DNA from: Eledone cirrhosa
Lineage: Eukaryota
NCBI GenBank assembly: GCA_964016885.1
Contig: OZ024740.1
Location: forward strand, 145,142,001 to 145,206,000
Length of the DNA stretch: 64,000 bases
Direction: 5' to 3'
A program made the translations under genes and the position numbers. The stretch's first letter is position 1. Each line of letters begins with the position of its first letter. This document shows, one piece after another, positions 16,078 through 28,925 of this stretch. Below the pieces are notes generated by a model, which searched no databases, was not told where the DNA came from, and saw only the letters and a list, made by a program, of their open reading frames with translations.

Positions 16078-16279
16078 ACGAAGGAAATGTGGTAAGGAAC
16101 CAGGTGGACCATAACGCACCAAAGTACTCAATACTTGAGGTAGTAGAGTGGGTAATAGGAACCAGTAAGACCCCGACAGCTGAGCTCAAGCCGTTTTGAC
16201 GACTAATTCTGGACATAAAGTCCAAAATTAGCCGTCGAAACGGCTTGAGCTCAGCTGTCGGGGTCTTACTGGTTCCTAA

Positions 16280-16280
<1 letters not shown>
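16078..16280 (-). mobile_element. 5'-truncated PLE-like terminal fragment with a fold-back inverted copy (palindrome 16156-16278) containing hammerhead stems II-III
   Basis: 59-bp arms, 5-nt loop at 16215-16219; gtc-GAAA-CGGC-uugagcuca-GCUG-UC|ggggu; homologous to 24445-24580; flanked by (TA)n. Confidence 0.7.
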
Positions 16281-16375
<95 letters not shown>

Positions 16376-16404
16376 GTATATATATATGTATGTATATATA
16401 TATG

Positions 16405-16638
<234 letters not shown>

Positions 16639-16788
16639 TATGTATAAATGTATATATATATATATATATATATGTATAAATGTATATATATATATATATA
16701 TATATGTATAAATGTATATATATGTATATATATATATGTATAAATGTATATATATGTATATATATATATGTATAAATGTATATATATG

Positions 16789-16825
<37 letters not shown>

Positions 16826-16844
16826 GTATAAATGTATATATATG

Positions 16845-16879
<35 letters not shown>

Positions 16880-16885
16880 GTATAA

Positions 16886-16921
<36 letters not shown>

Positions 16922-16923
16922 AA

Positions 16924-16981
<58 letters not shown>

Positions 16982-17011
16982 AAATGTATATATATATATA
17001 TATATGTATAA

Positions 17012-17055
<44 letters not shown>

Positions 17056-17263
17056 GGACGTATATGTATATATATATATAAGATTTAATAAAGAAATAGC
17101 TTCTACAGGACTAGAACTGTATATGTATATGTATTTCTACAGTTTTTGTCTGTAACAGATTATTTTGTAATAAGTGTTTCATAACTTTAATTATTGTGAC
17201 AATTTGCTTCTTGTTTGCTAATCTGATAATATAACATGCTGCCAACAAACCTTACATGCTTAT

Positions 17264-17402
17264 TCTCTCTCTCCTTCTCCGTCTCCCCTCCCATATTATC
17301 TTTACTTGTTCTTTCTCTTGCTTCTCTCTCTTTCTCCCTTCACTCTCTTTTTTCTCTTCTTTCTCTCCTTTCTCTTGTTTCTCTTCTTTCTCTTCTCTTC
17401 CC
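17264..17402. repeat. CT-rich polypyrimidine low-complexity tract
   Basis: Direct inspection. Confidence 0.85.
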
Positions 17403-18529
17403 TGCTGTATAGAATTTAAAATAGAAATATTTAAGAAAATCCTAATTTCAATATATGCTATTTTTTAAGAGATAGGGGTGTAGGTGTATATGTTGCAGAA
17501 TGTGGTGTAAATACTTTAAATTTGGGAAACAATTTTCAATTTTCGCACTGCATTATATCAACCATAGAACTATCTCTCAACTTTTAGTTCAGGAATATGC
17601 CTCTAAACATATTCTTGCTTTTCCTATTTACTATGTTATGGTGTGGTGTTTTATTCATTGCTGAATGTTAGCTGTAGAAGGGACGATCACCAGAGATACT
17701 AAGCCATTGTCTTGTCACAACATTTTAATATTAGCTCACTATTGACAGTGTTGTGGCCAACAAAAATTCTTTTCCATAATTCTCTTCCAAAAATTTCTCT
17801 AAAATTAAAAGATGACAGAATAAAGCAAACATCAAGATGTGGTCAAAAGTTTGCCTGGGATAAACTGTTAATAACATTTTAATTTTTCTGATTATTTAAC
17901 CTAATCTTTAGAGTAGAAAATGAATTCACTATTTACATCTACACTATATTTCTGTTTGTTTGAACTTCAATCATCATCAATTGTCTTATTTCTGAAAGTA
18001 TACATAGTATTTGACTAGATTATAACTGGGAATCTTTATTTACAAAGATTAATGGCAGCCATAAGATGGTGAATTAGCAGATAGAATGCTTTGTGGTATT
18101 CATTCCAGCTCTCTGTACACTTGAGTTCAAATCCCATTGAAGTCGACTTTGCCTTTCATTTTTTTTAGGTCAATAAATACAATACCAATTCAATACTGGG
18201 TCAATTCTTCCTCTATATCTCTTTCTCACTCATTTTCTATCACCCCCTCCTTCTCTGGAAGAAATCATCTGTGTTCAGATTTGGAGAGGGGTGGGCCCCA
18301 CCAGGTTTTAAAATGCCCAAGAAATGCTGTATATTACTCTGGTGCTCCATGACTCCATCAAGAGTTATGGGTCCATACATACACTGGCAGCCATATTGAT
18401 TTGATATCTGTACTGGCTTTACTGAATAAGATTATTAGTGAGTATTGTATGTTCTTTTTATGTTATGGGCTGTATATATATTAGTCTGAAATGTATACTA
18501 GAATAATGTTTCTGAAGTATTATTAAAAT

Positions 18530-18720
18530 ATGGATTGGCAGTATCGGTAGAGGGTCGGAGGCCATGCTTTGCAGCAAAGAGTTATGGCCCTTTATGAACT
18601 GAGTTCAAATCCCGCCGAGGTTAACTTTGCCTTTCATCCTTACGGGGGTTGATAAAATAAAGGACCAGTAATACACTGGGATAATTGGTGGCCTTGTGCC
18701 AAAATTAGAAACAATTATTA
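18530..18720 (+). mobile_element. Abundant tRNA-type SINE; further copies at ~18060-18200, 25595-25765(-), 26460-26590, 32115-32260, 43730-43820(-), 45640-45775(-), 47110-47240, 49190-49380, 59520-59620, 63218-63340
   Basis: B-box-like gagttcaaatccc followed by the conserved core actttgcctttcatccttacggggtcgataaaataaagtaccagt and tail ggccttgtgccaaaa..gaaacaattatt. Confidence 0.9.
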
Positions 18721-19186
18721 AAATATCCTGAATTCTATCTTAGACTGTTAAATTGGTAACAATATAAATTGGTAACAGTATAGTCTGTTTACCAATAAAC
18801 GCCCCATATATGACATTTTTAATTACATTTATTTTTCTCTTCAGTGTGTTTGTGTTTTTTTTGTGTTATTGAGTCTTGCTTAGCTAGTGCAGTTGTATTG
18901 ATACTTATGATATTACATTAACAACACATACTGTTGACTCTACATTATTATTGGATTAGATGCCATTTGTATTAATAATAATATCAGCGTGAATAGTTAT
19001 AATAGTTTGCCCATGAAAAGTTATTTGGTAACTTTTTATTATTCTTTGATCTCAGTTCACAAAAATGTTGTGTTCAATTTTGGTTTTTGCATCATGGAGG
19101 AAAGGTATGACATTTTTCTTACCTTTCAATCAAATTCAATGTGTTCCTTTGGTAGTACATTCTTATTGTTTCCAAACATATTGTAT

Positions 19187-19695
19187 AGATCTTCCTAAGA
19201 TATTTCAAAGATCTTCCTAAGATATTTCAAAGATCTTCCTCAAATATTTCAAAAATCTTCCTCGGAACATTGCAATGATGTTCCCAAAAACATTCTAAGG
19301 TTCTTCCTCAGACCTTGTCACAATTTCCCCTGGACAATGCAAATATTTCCTCAAATCATATTTCCTCCAAACATTACAATGATCTTCCCCAGATACTGTA
19401 GAGATATTCTAAGATCTTCGTTAAACATTGCAAAGATCCTCTTAAGATGTTGCACAGATCTTCTCCAGACACTGTAAAGATGTTATATAGATCTTCTTAA
19501 AACTTTGTATAGATCCTCTCAAAACTTTGTATAGATCCTCTCAAGACTGTGCAATGATCTCCCTCAAACATTGCAAATATCGCTTCCAGACATTGCAATG
19601 ATCTGCTTTAGGCATTGAAAAGGTCTTCTTCAGATATTGCAATTTTTTTCTCTAAGCACTGCAAAGACCTTCCCCAGACATTGAAAAGATCTTCA
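19187..19695. repeat. Degenerate 22-bp minisatellite (agatcttcctaagatatttcaa)
   Basis: First units are near-identical; the gatctt register persists with about 22-bp spacing for ~500 bp. Confidence 0.85.
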
Positions 19696-20124
19696 CTGCT
19701 AATCCTTCAGCTTAGCTTCACTTGCCATCTTTCAAGCAAATACATAAAACTGTGCCAACAAGATTAGAAGCTCTTTTAAATTCTTCCAAATGCGTTTTGG
19801 AATCTTGTTGCCCAGTTTTTGGCATTCCTGTTTTCCTATCCAAGATTATTTCTTCCAGGTTTCACAGTTATTCTCAATGAAAATAAGATTATTTCCTACA
19901 GGTTGATATCACATCTGTTCATAGATTCTGCTGTTAGGGTGCTGGAACATAGAATAAAGAAAAGTGTGAACGAAAGAGCAATGATTGTTTAATTGAACTT
20001 CCCAATTTCCCTTCCTACTTTCATTCATTTCCAACAAAGCTCACTTCAACTATAACTTTCACCACCACAACCACTACCACCACTTTTTTTTCAGTAATGA
20101 CTTTTCTATCTTTGTATGCGTATG

Positions 20125-20340
20125 AATCTATCTACTTGTCTATCTATTTATCTATCTACCTACCTATCTATCTATCTATCTATATATCTATCTATCATCT
20201 GTCTATCTGTCTATTTATCATCTGTCTATCTATCATCTGTCTATCTATCATCTGTCTATCTATTTATCATCTATCTATCTATCCATCCACCTATCTATCC
20301 ATCATTTATCTATTCATCCACCTATCTGTCTATCTATCTA
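20125..20340. repeat. (TCTA)n microsatellite
   Basis: Direct inspection. Confidence 0.95.
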
Positions 20341-20808
20341 CCACCAAACCACATGTTTGTGACAAAATTCTATTTTTTTTATGTCAATCTCTATACACAA
20401 CTAAATATACTGCTGAACCTGTAATGCTGTTATCTCAGCAAAAGATGCTAACAGTTTTATATGTAAAATAACAAAACAGTGGCACATTCCTTGAGAGAAT
20501 ACTGTAATATTTGTTGTAAGCCATTTTCAGTTACTATATGTTGGCTGTTTTAATGTGAAATTGTTTTTTTTTCTTTTAAAATTTTTTTGTTTTGTTTTAT
20601 TTTATTAAAAACATGAACAACAAACTTCATATTGCTTTGTAGCCTTTCTTATGTTACATTGCTATTCATTTATTTTCTCAATATATTTTATTATAACTCT
20701 AATTATTATTTTAATTTTATGACCATTATTGTTAATTTCTAAATCTAATTTCTCCCACCCCTGTCTGCTAAAGTATAGCGTCTCCTTTTTCTTTCTTCTG
20801 CTTTTCAG

Positions 20809-20951
20809 TATGCTGATTGGTTCCTCCGTGAACGCTTTTCTGCAGCCAACAAACTTGGCTGACCTTTTCACTGTCCATACTTTTGCCAAATTGCTTACAG
20901 GCTGTGCCACAGTGTGCGGAGAGCCTGTCTATCAAGCTGGCCTCCTGGATG
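20809..20951 (+). other. Candidate exon(s) of an unidentified plus-strand gene: acceptors before 20809 and 20901, donor at 20952
   Basis: Strong polypyrimidine tract + CAG at 20806-20808 (phase 0 reads YADWFLRERFSAANKLG*); CTGAC branch-like site, pyrimidine tract and CAG before a 51-nt block ending in GTTAG; GC-elevated non-repeat island. Confidence 0.4.
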
Positions 20952-23685
20952 GTTAGCTTGCCTGCTTTTGTTTGCCAACCCCATCCCTTTCGTATGAACA
21001 CAACCGCATGATTTTAGGGATTCCCTCTATCGGTTTGTCTCTCTCTATCTCTCCTCCCCCCTCCCCCCTCTCTCTCTCTATATATATATATATAATGAAT
21101 ATGTATGTGTATAATATATATATATACACACACATGTAATGTATATGTATGCGTATAATATATATATGTATAATATATATACATATATGCGTGTGTGTGT
21201 GTGTGTGTGTATATATGCACAACTATTTATAAACATATCTACAACGCCTAAAATCTACTTAGTGTGTGTTTATGTGCACGTGTGTGTGCATGCATATGGG
21301 TGTGAGTGTGAGTGCCTTTTAAGTCTGTATTGTAATTTTCTGCATTCTTTTCTTCTTTCTCTTCCTCTATTTTACTCCACTTCACTCTCAAATCTACTTT
21401 CTGCATGTGCACCTAATGCAGTTTGGTATTATTTTGTTCCCACCTATACATATAGACATACAATGACAGGCACACATACATTTACACACAAAAACATGTT
21501 GAACATTCATACCAAGAATTTTTTTATTTCATGCAATATATATATATGCATATACACACATATATATATATATTTATTTACGTATAGCACGGAGCATATG
21601 TGCATAAACACACATGCACCGTGTTGTATTATAACAGTATTGTGTTAGCTCAATGTACAAGAACAGAGCCGTTATAATATATATATATATATATATATAT
21701 TACATTGCCTGTAATCACAAGAAATGTAGTTGCCTCGCCTGTAATTACTCATCTTAAAATGTACTCATTTTCGGGTACATTTATTCATCTGACCTTATAA
21801 TATAATCCCAGTTTTTGGTCTACCCATAATCTTTCCAAACTGATTTATATAATCTTTACCATTTTCTATAAATTTTCTCGGGGTTTCAAATTCAATGATC
21901 AGTTAAAGAAGTAGTCCATTTATTCCATTTTCTAAAATTAGAATCCTATACTCATGAGTTTAATATCTACTTACAGTGATAGATTAAAGCTTCTTTACCA
22001 TCCAAACATACACAAAAGATGTGTGTTTGTATGTAATTCTAATGTTTGTGTACTTGAGACTTTAGAATTTTCTTTTTCTGCTCAAAGTATCTGGCAAGTA
22101 TTATTTTCCAGATACTTATTGAACATTTAAGCAGAATCCTAAAAATGTTCCTCAACTTGACAGTTTTTTTTTTCATATAGTTTGATCAAATTTAAATTTG
22201 TAAAATATGCAATTCTATGTTAATAATTAGAAGCAGATTGCCCATTCATTATTCTTATATTAGAAAGAAATTACTTAGGATTAGAATTTCAAATAAACTA
22301 CTTAATAAATTGCATAAGATGGCATTGTCTTGTGTCTATTTAATATTAGCTGGGTTATTTTTTGTTAGACCCAAGTTAACCTTTTCAGCTTAATACCTTA
22401 ATAGTCTATATAATTGATTTTGTTCCCTTACAAGTTTCTCTTAGTTTCAATCTAATTCATATTTAACCCCATTTTAACCATATTTCTGATGAAAAAAATG
22501 TGTTTCAATTAAATTTTGAAAATAATAAAAAATAAATTAGAGGAAGTTAATGAAATAACTAAATTTTGCATTAGGAACATTACATAACAAAACTTTCTTT
22601 AATAAAATAATGCTGAAAGGTTTTAGTATAATATGAACATTTAAAAATTAGCAGTTTTGTATCATACAACCAGGGCAGTTTCAAGTAGGTTGGTATCAAA
22701 AGTAGCCCAAGCTATCAAGTATGAGGTAACTCTCAGTGAACATAAACTGGGATGCCTTTACAATTTTTAGGTGAAGCTAATTGCACCACACTTATACTGC
22801 TATTGCTATTGCAAAATCTGAAACATCACCCTTTCCCTGCTCCAAAAAAACAATATATTCAGCCCTTATGCCTAGTCAATAATCAAAAGAATCTAATTTT
22901 TCAAAATAGAAATACGATTATTAAAAAGTGAATTGGAGAAGACTATATATATCTCACTGATCGCAAAAGATAAAGCTATTTTATATTTTAGATCTATATA
23001 TCTATCTGCGAGAGGAGGAGGAGAGAGAGTCAGTCATATAAATATAACAGATTTCCTCTATCATTATCATTGACTTTTCCAGGATGGATGGGCAGGATTA
23101 TTTGAAGTAGTGTTTTACAGCTCGCTACCCTCCAAAATGTGAACTCTTAGTTTTCTCTAATAACATGCAAGGATGTGTGTGTGTCTGTGTATATATACAC
23201 ACACAATAGGTGTCAAAAGATTACTACTTGAAGTTTTGTAATGATACAACTAAAACAGGTTCTTTAGGCAAATGAAAACGCCTAATACAAATTCAACATG
23301 CTGCCATTTTTAACAAATATATTTACTTCCCTGTATTCTATTTACTGAGATTCCATATACCTTCCCCAGAGAGAAGGTCGCAATCATATTTGTTTAAAGT
23401 GGTGGTATAGTGAATTTATATCACTGTTTTAGTTGGGAATAAACCTTGTAATATGCAATTCCCATGGTGAAGCTTGAAGTAACAATCTTTTCATACCTTT
23501 TGTACTGTACCAATTTATAAATATAGGTAGTCGTTTAAATAATTGATGTTAGTTGATTGTCAGTGTTGTATTTTATCCTTGCAATCAATGAATTATAGTG
23601 TAATCAGACATAAACACTCTACATCAGCTGTACCTCTCTAAGTCAGATCTGGGAATACATAGACCAATACCCAACAGAGTATTGG

Positions 23686-23798
23686 TATGTTGATAAATAT
23701 GAAGACATTATTCTACTTTTCCATATTTCAATATATTCAATTATTTAATATATTGAAGTTTGGAAAAGTAGAACTGTGTCTTCATATTTATCAACATA
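23686..23798. repeat. ~113-bp imperfect palindrome, TA-bounded (MITE-like or fold-back)
   Basis: tatgttgataaatatgaagaca..ttctacttttcca..ttcaatatatt / aatatattgaa..tggaaaagtagaa..tgtcttcatatttatcaacata. Confidence 0.8.
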
Positions 23799-23947
23799 TA
23801 TATATATCATGGTTAAATGAGGAGTCTTGTTACTCTGGGGTTTCACCTGTTTACTCATAGGATAATCAGACAAGAATCTTAGCCATAATAAAGAATATCT
23901 AAACTCTACTTCAGTATTGATTACTTATTCTCACACCTGTCAATATC

Positions 23948-23984
23948 ACACGCACACGCACACGCACACACACGCACACGCGCA

Positions 23985-24062
<78 letters not shown>
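23948..24062. repeat. (CA)n microsatellite
   Basis: Direct inspection. Confidence 0.95.
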
Positions 24063-24063
<1 letters not shown>

Positions 24064-24107
24064 TAAGAGAGTAAAACAAAGAATCCTTTAATACATCAAA
24101 AGTTTTT

Positions 24108-24152
24108 ATTAGCCGACAATGTTTCGTCCTATTAAGGACTCATCAGGGCAAT
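24108..24152 (-). ncRNA. Canonical minimal type I hammerhead ribozyme
   Basis: Minus strand: auuGCC-CUGAUGA-GUCCU-uaau-AGGAC-GAAA-C-AUU-G-UC|GGCuaau, overlapping AAUAAA; island ends at (TG)n about 45 nt downstream. Confidence 0.9.
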
Positions 24153-24343
24153 CAAAACAACAAGAGGCAGATACAAGCCGGAAACTCTGAAGAATATGGA
24201 GTGTACATACACTAATGTCTTACAAAAATATATGATAATAAAAATGAAAATAAAAATAAAAATAATAAAAATATATAATAAGAATAACTAATAATAATAC
24301 GAAGAGGGTGTTTGACTCCAACACGCTCCAGTATTCTAATCCT

Positions 24344-24374
<31 letters not shown>

Positions 24375-24444
24375 ATATATATATATGCTAGAGTGGAAAA
24401 ATTGATGTTAAACAGCGATGATGATGATATATATATATAAATCA

Positions 24445-24580
24445 ATAGGGATACAGTAAAAACCTGTTTAAACCATTACTCACCAGAGTACTCAAAACTT
24501 GGGGTAGTAGAGTATGGTTATAAGAAAGGTCAGCACCCCGACGGCTGAGTTCTTGCTGTTTCCATAGCTAGTTCCATAAT
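24445..24580 (-). mobile_element. PLE-like terminal fragment, same family as 16078-16280, truncated within hammerhead stem II
   Basis: Minus strand GAAA-CAGC-aagaacuca-GCCG-UC|ggggug..cucuacuacc..uugaguacu; colinear similarity to 16110-16200; TA flanks. Confidence 0.65.
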
Positions 24581-24596
24581 ATATATATATATTTAA

Positions 24597-24708
24597 GGGC
24601 GATGCCCCAGCATGGCCTCAGCCGGATGGCTGGAACAGGTAAAAGAGTATATATGTGGCGGTGCCCCAGCATGGCCTCAGCCAGATGGCTGGAACAGGTA
24701 AAATAGTA
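24597..24708 (+). repeat. Two tandem ~60-bp copies (ggcg.tgccccagcatggcctcagcc.gatggctggaacaggtaaaa), probably SINE 3' tails
   Basis: Direct duplication within a TA run. Confidence 0.7.
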
Positions 24709-26359
24709 TATATATATATATTATATATATATATATATAACTCTGATTTTATTTAGTCTTGTTGATAAGAAGAATTGTAATTTTCTGAGATACATAAAAT
24801 AGATCCTCAATAATTGGTTACTGACATCACAGCATTCTTCTTAATACATTGTTTGCCAATGGAGATCATAATATTGGATCAAATCAGGTTAAAATATTAT
24901 TTACTTTATAGTGGCAGTAGGTTTTATTGGGAAGGTTAAAGATAGTATCACCCTAATTATATAACTAACAACAGAATATAGTACTTTCATAACTTTATTT
25001 TATTTTTTAAATTGATATTCTGTGTGTATGTATGTTCTTGTGGTTTCATAATTTAACAAAACACATTGTATGTATGTATACACACACATACAAGTGTGTA
25101 TGTATATTTATATACATGTGTGTGTGTGTGTGTGTGTGTGTATTGATCTTCCTTAGACACAAGTGGACAGCTATATTATTTATATAATTCAATATATCTC
25201 TCTATATATATATATGTGTGTATAGATGTATATACATGTATGTGCATAGATGTATATACATGTATGTATACATAAATGAATATATGTGTATAGAAAAAAC
25301 AAATATGTATATACCCACACACATTCATATATACTAGTGTACGCATGTCATAAGAAATGAGAACAGTTAAAACTATAGACAAATTTCTTACCTAAAAACT
25401 TTACACTTTGTATTTAATAGTAAAGTATTACCAATAGTTCAATGCAAGAGTGCATGCTGCCGATCAAAAATGATGATTCAGAACCATATATAAACACACA
25501 GCCACTTGTGTTGTCTACAATGATAGCTTTTTTTACTGGTTCTTTGAACAATTTAATAATATTTATAAAGATTTTATTCAAAATAATTTTCTACTTTTGG
25601 CACAAGGCCAGAAATTATCCCAGTGTATTACTGGTACTTTATTTTATCGACCCCGTAGGGATGAAAGGCAAAGTTAACCTCGGCGGGATTTGAACTCAGA
25701 CCATAAAGGGCCGTAACTCTTTGCTGCAAAGCACGGCGTCTGACCCTCTACCGATACTGCCAATACACCATTCAAAATAATGTTATATATTTACAAAAAT
25801 ATTACAATAATATTTTTAGAATCATTAAACATTTGACATGAAGTTATTATTATCCCAGAAGTTCTTTTATCACTATATTAAGATTCTTTTTATTTCTCAC
25901 CCTGCTTAAAGCTGCTAACTCTTACTTTAACTCACTCTTGTTTCAATTCACTTACTGTCCCACTTTGCTACTCCATGCAGTGTAATAAACATCCCATCCT
26001 TCCACTCACTTGCACATTACAACTACTTTCACTCCATACTTCTGTATTTGTTGTTTGACTGTTTCCTACTTCCACATTAGCTTGTTAATGTGACAGCAAA
26101 TAAATTCACATAATAATCATGTGGCTATGTGTGTGTATGTTTGTGTGTGTGTGAGTATGTTTTCTTGTGGTAGTGGCATGAGTAGCAGTAGGAAAAATCA
26201 TGGACCATAAAACTTGGACATTCCCTGGTAGCATCAATGCTGCGTGGCCCTGCTGAAGGGAGTGATACTGTCAGGAGGTGCTGAAATTGTTCAGATCTCT
26301 CACCAAGGACTGATGAAGGGAGTGTCCTGCAGTACAAGCTATAAGTAAAATAATAAATC

Positions 26360-26415
<56 letters not shown>

Positions 26416-26863
26416 CATACACACACACAAACTCACAAATACACAGACACGCAGTGTATTTAGGCAACAAATTGGCAGAAACATTTGTGCACAAGTCAAA
26501 ATTCCCTGCAGCATTTTCCCCAGCTTCTGGCATTCTGAGGTCAACTTTGCCTTTCATTCTTCTGTGGTCAGCAAATAAAGTACCAGTCAAAGGAAGTGGA
26601 CTGGCGAAATTTTTAGATCACCAAACAAGATGCAGTTTTTATTCAGGCTCCTTGCCTTCTGAGCTCATATCCCATTGTGGACTACATGGGTGGCAGATTT
26701 AATCCATTGCATGGTTTAACACCACCACCTTTAGCAAACTTCACTGCATTCAGGCCAGTTGATGAGTAGTTGAGGGATACCTTCTTCCCTTCCACCAGTC
26801 ATTGAAGTTCTGAAAATAAAATAGATGTCAAATGCACTTCCTCCTGACTAAACTAAAAAAAAA

Positions 26864-26930
<67 letters not shown>

Positions 26931-27627
26931 ATGTATGTATATATGTAGAGAGAGAGACTGTATATAGATAGATGGTGATGATTTAAACAGTTATTTGAAT
27001 TAGCTTCCATAATGTATCTATAGAATTACACACATACATACATGAACTCTAATATATATTATTTACTCAGTGATGATTTTTTTTCACCCCCTCCCTCTGA
27101 TTTTATGAAACATATATGTAACTTATGTATAATTAAAAATGAAAATAAAGCAATACTAAAAAAAAAGAAAACTACCAAATTTGAATCTGTTGTAGTGTTT
27201 ATTTTTTTACTTATATATATATATATATATAAATACATATTTTTTTTTTTGCTCTAAAATTTTACTTTTATTGGCATGCCTAGTTTCATTAATTTTGTTT
27301 GTTAGTACATTCCTGTGTCTTTTAAAAAAAATATTATTTATCTTAAGTTTTGTTCTTCTGTTAACACTCCTACAATTACTATATTCTCTATGTGCAACCA
27401 CCACCCTTCTGCCTTATAGTTGTATAATTGACCCAAATAGCCTCTAGTTAATATTTTCAGAAGATTAAAAGACACCCCTCCCCCTATGACCCCCCCCCCC
27501 CCCAAAAAAAAAAAAGTTTTTATCCTCATCCCATCCCTCCAAAATTTCTTTGAGGTCCTATTTCTGTCTTACTGTTTAATAATTTTTTTTTGTTTTTTAC
27601 TTCAATCTGGAACCCCACCCCCCTCAC

Positions 27628-27665
<38 letters not shown>

Positions 27666-28121
27666 ATATGATTGTATATATATATATATTATATTATATA
27701 TATATATATATATATATTTGCATATAATTGTATGTATTTATATATATATATATATATATATTTGCATATAATTGTATGTATGTATATATATATATTTGTA
27801 TACATTGGGAACAACCTTTCTTTTAGACTTCATTATAATTTTAAATATTTGTTTATAACTAAAATGAAAAAAAAAATGAAAAAAAAAAACAATAACCCAA
27901 AAGAGACAGCTTCTTTCTGATTAGATACCACAACTTCCAATTTACTGTGTAACATAACTGTTTTGCAGTTTCCAAACAGGAGTCGTCGAAAAATTTAGAA
28001 CTCTTTAACATGGAGCTGATCAGTAAGAAGAAAATAAAACTGTAAAGTTTCTCTCAATGGAGCTGCAACAAAGCCCTCAAAGTACTTTTTGTTGTCATTA
28101 TTATCATTATTATCATTATTA

Positions 28122-28161
<40 letters not shown>

Positions 28162-28191
28162 CTTTTTTTATTTTTTTTTTATTAAAACTAT

Positions 28192-28925
28192 TGTGGATTG
28201 GCAGAATTGCTAGAGTGCTGAACAAAATCCCACCGAATTTAACTATGCCTTTCATCCTTCCAAGTTCGATAAAATACAGTACCAGTGAAGTACTTGGGTA
28301 GATATAATCGACTTTTCCCTTCCCCAATAAGCAGCTGGCCTTTTGCTTGAATTAAAAACCATGAAGGTGGCAGATTGGCAGAATCGCTAGAGTCGCACAA
28401 ATGGCATTGCAGCAATTGTTCTACTCTTTACATTTTGAGTTCAAATCCCACTGAGGTAAACTTTGCCTTTCATCCTTCCGGGGTCGATAAAACAAAGTAC
28501 CAGTAACGCACTGAGGTCAAGTTAATCGACTTACCCTTCCCAAAAAATTGTTGACCTTGTGCCTAAATCAGGAACCATTTAGGGTGGTGGATTGGCAGTA
28601 TCAGTAAAGCATCGGTATTTAGTTACAGCGTTTTACATTCTGAGTTCAAATCCCGCCGAGTTTGACTTTGCCTTTCATCCTTACGGGGTCGATAAAATAA
28701 AGTACCAGTAATGCACTGGGTAATTGCTGGCCTTGTGCCTAACGTAGAAACAATTATTATATTATTTACGCCATGCTTTCCAGCATAGTTACGTCCCTTT
28801 ACGATCTGATTCAAATCCCGCCGAGGTTGACTTTGCCTTTCATCCTTACGGGGTCGATAAAATAAAGTACCAGTAATGCACTGGATAAATGCTGGCCTTG
28901 TGCCTAAAGTAGAAACAATTATTAT
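28192..28925 (+). mobile_element. Head-to-tail cluster of four tRNA-SINE copies
   Basis: Four successive gcctttcatcctt..cgataaaa..gtaccagt cores after an (ATT/ATC)n run. Confidence 0.9.
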
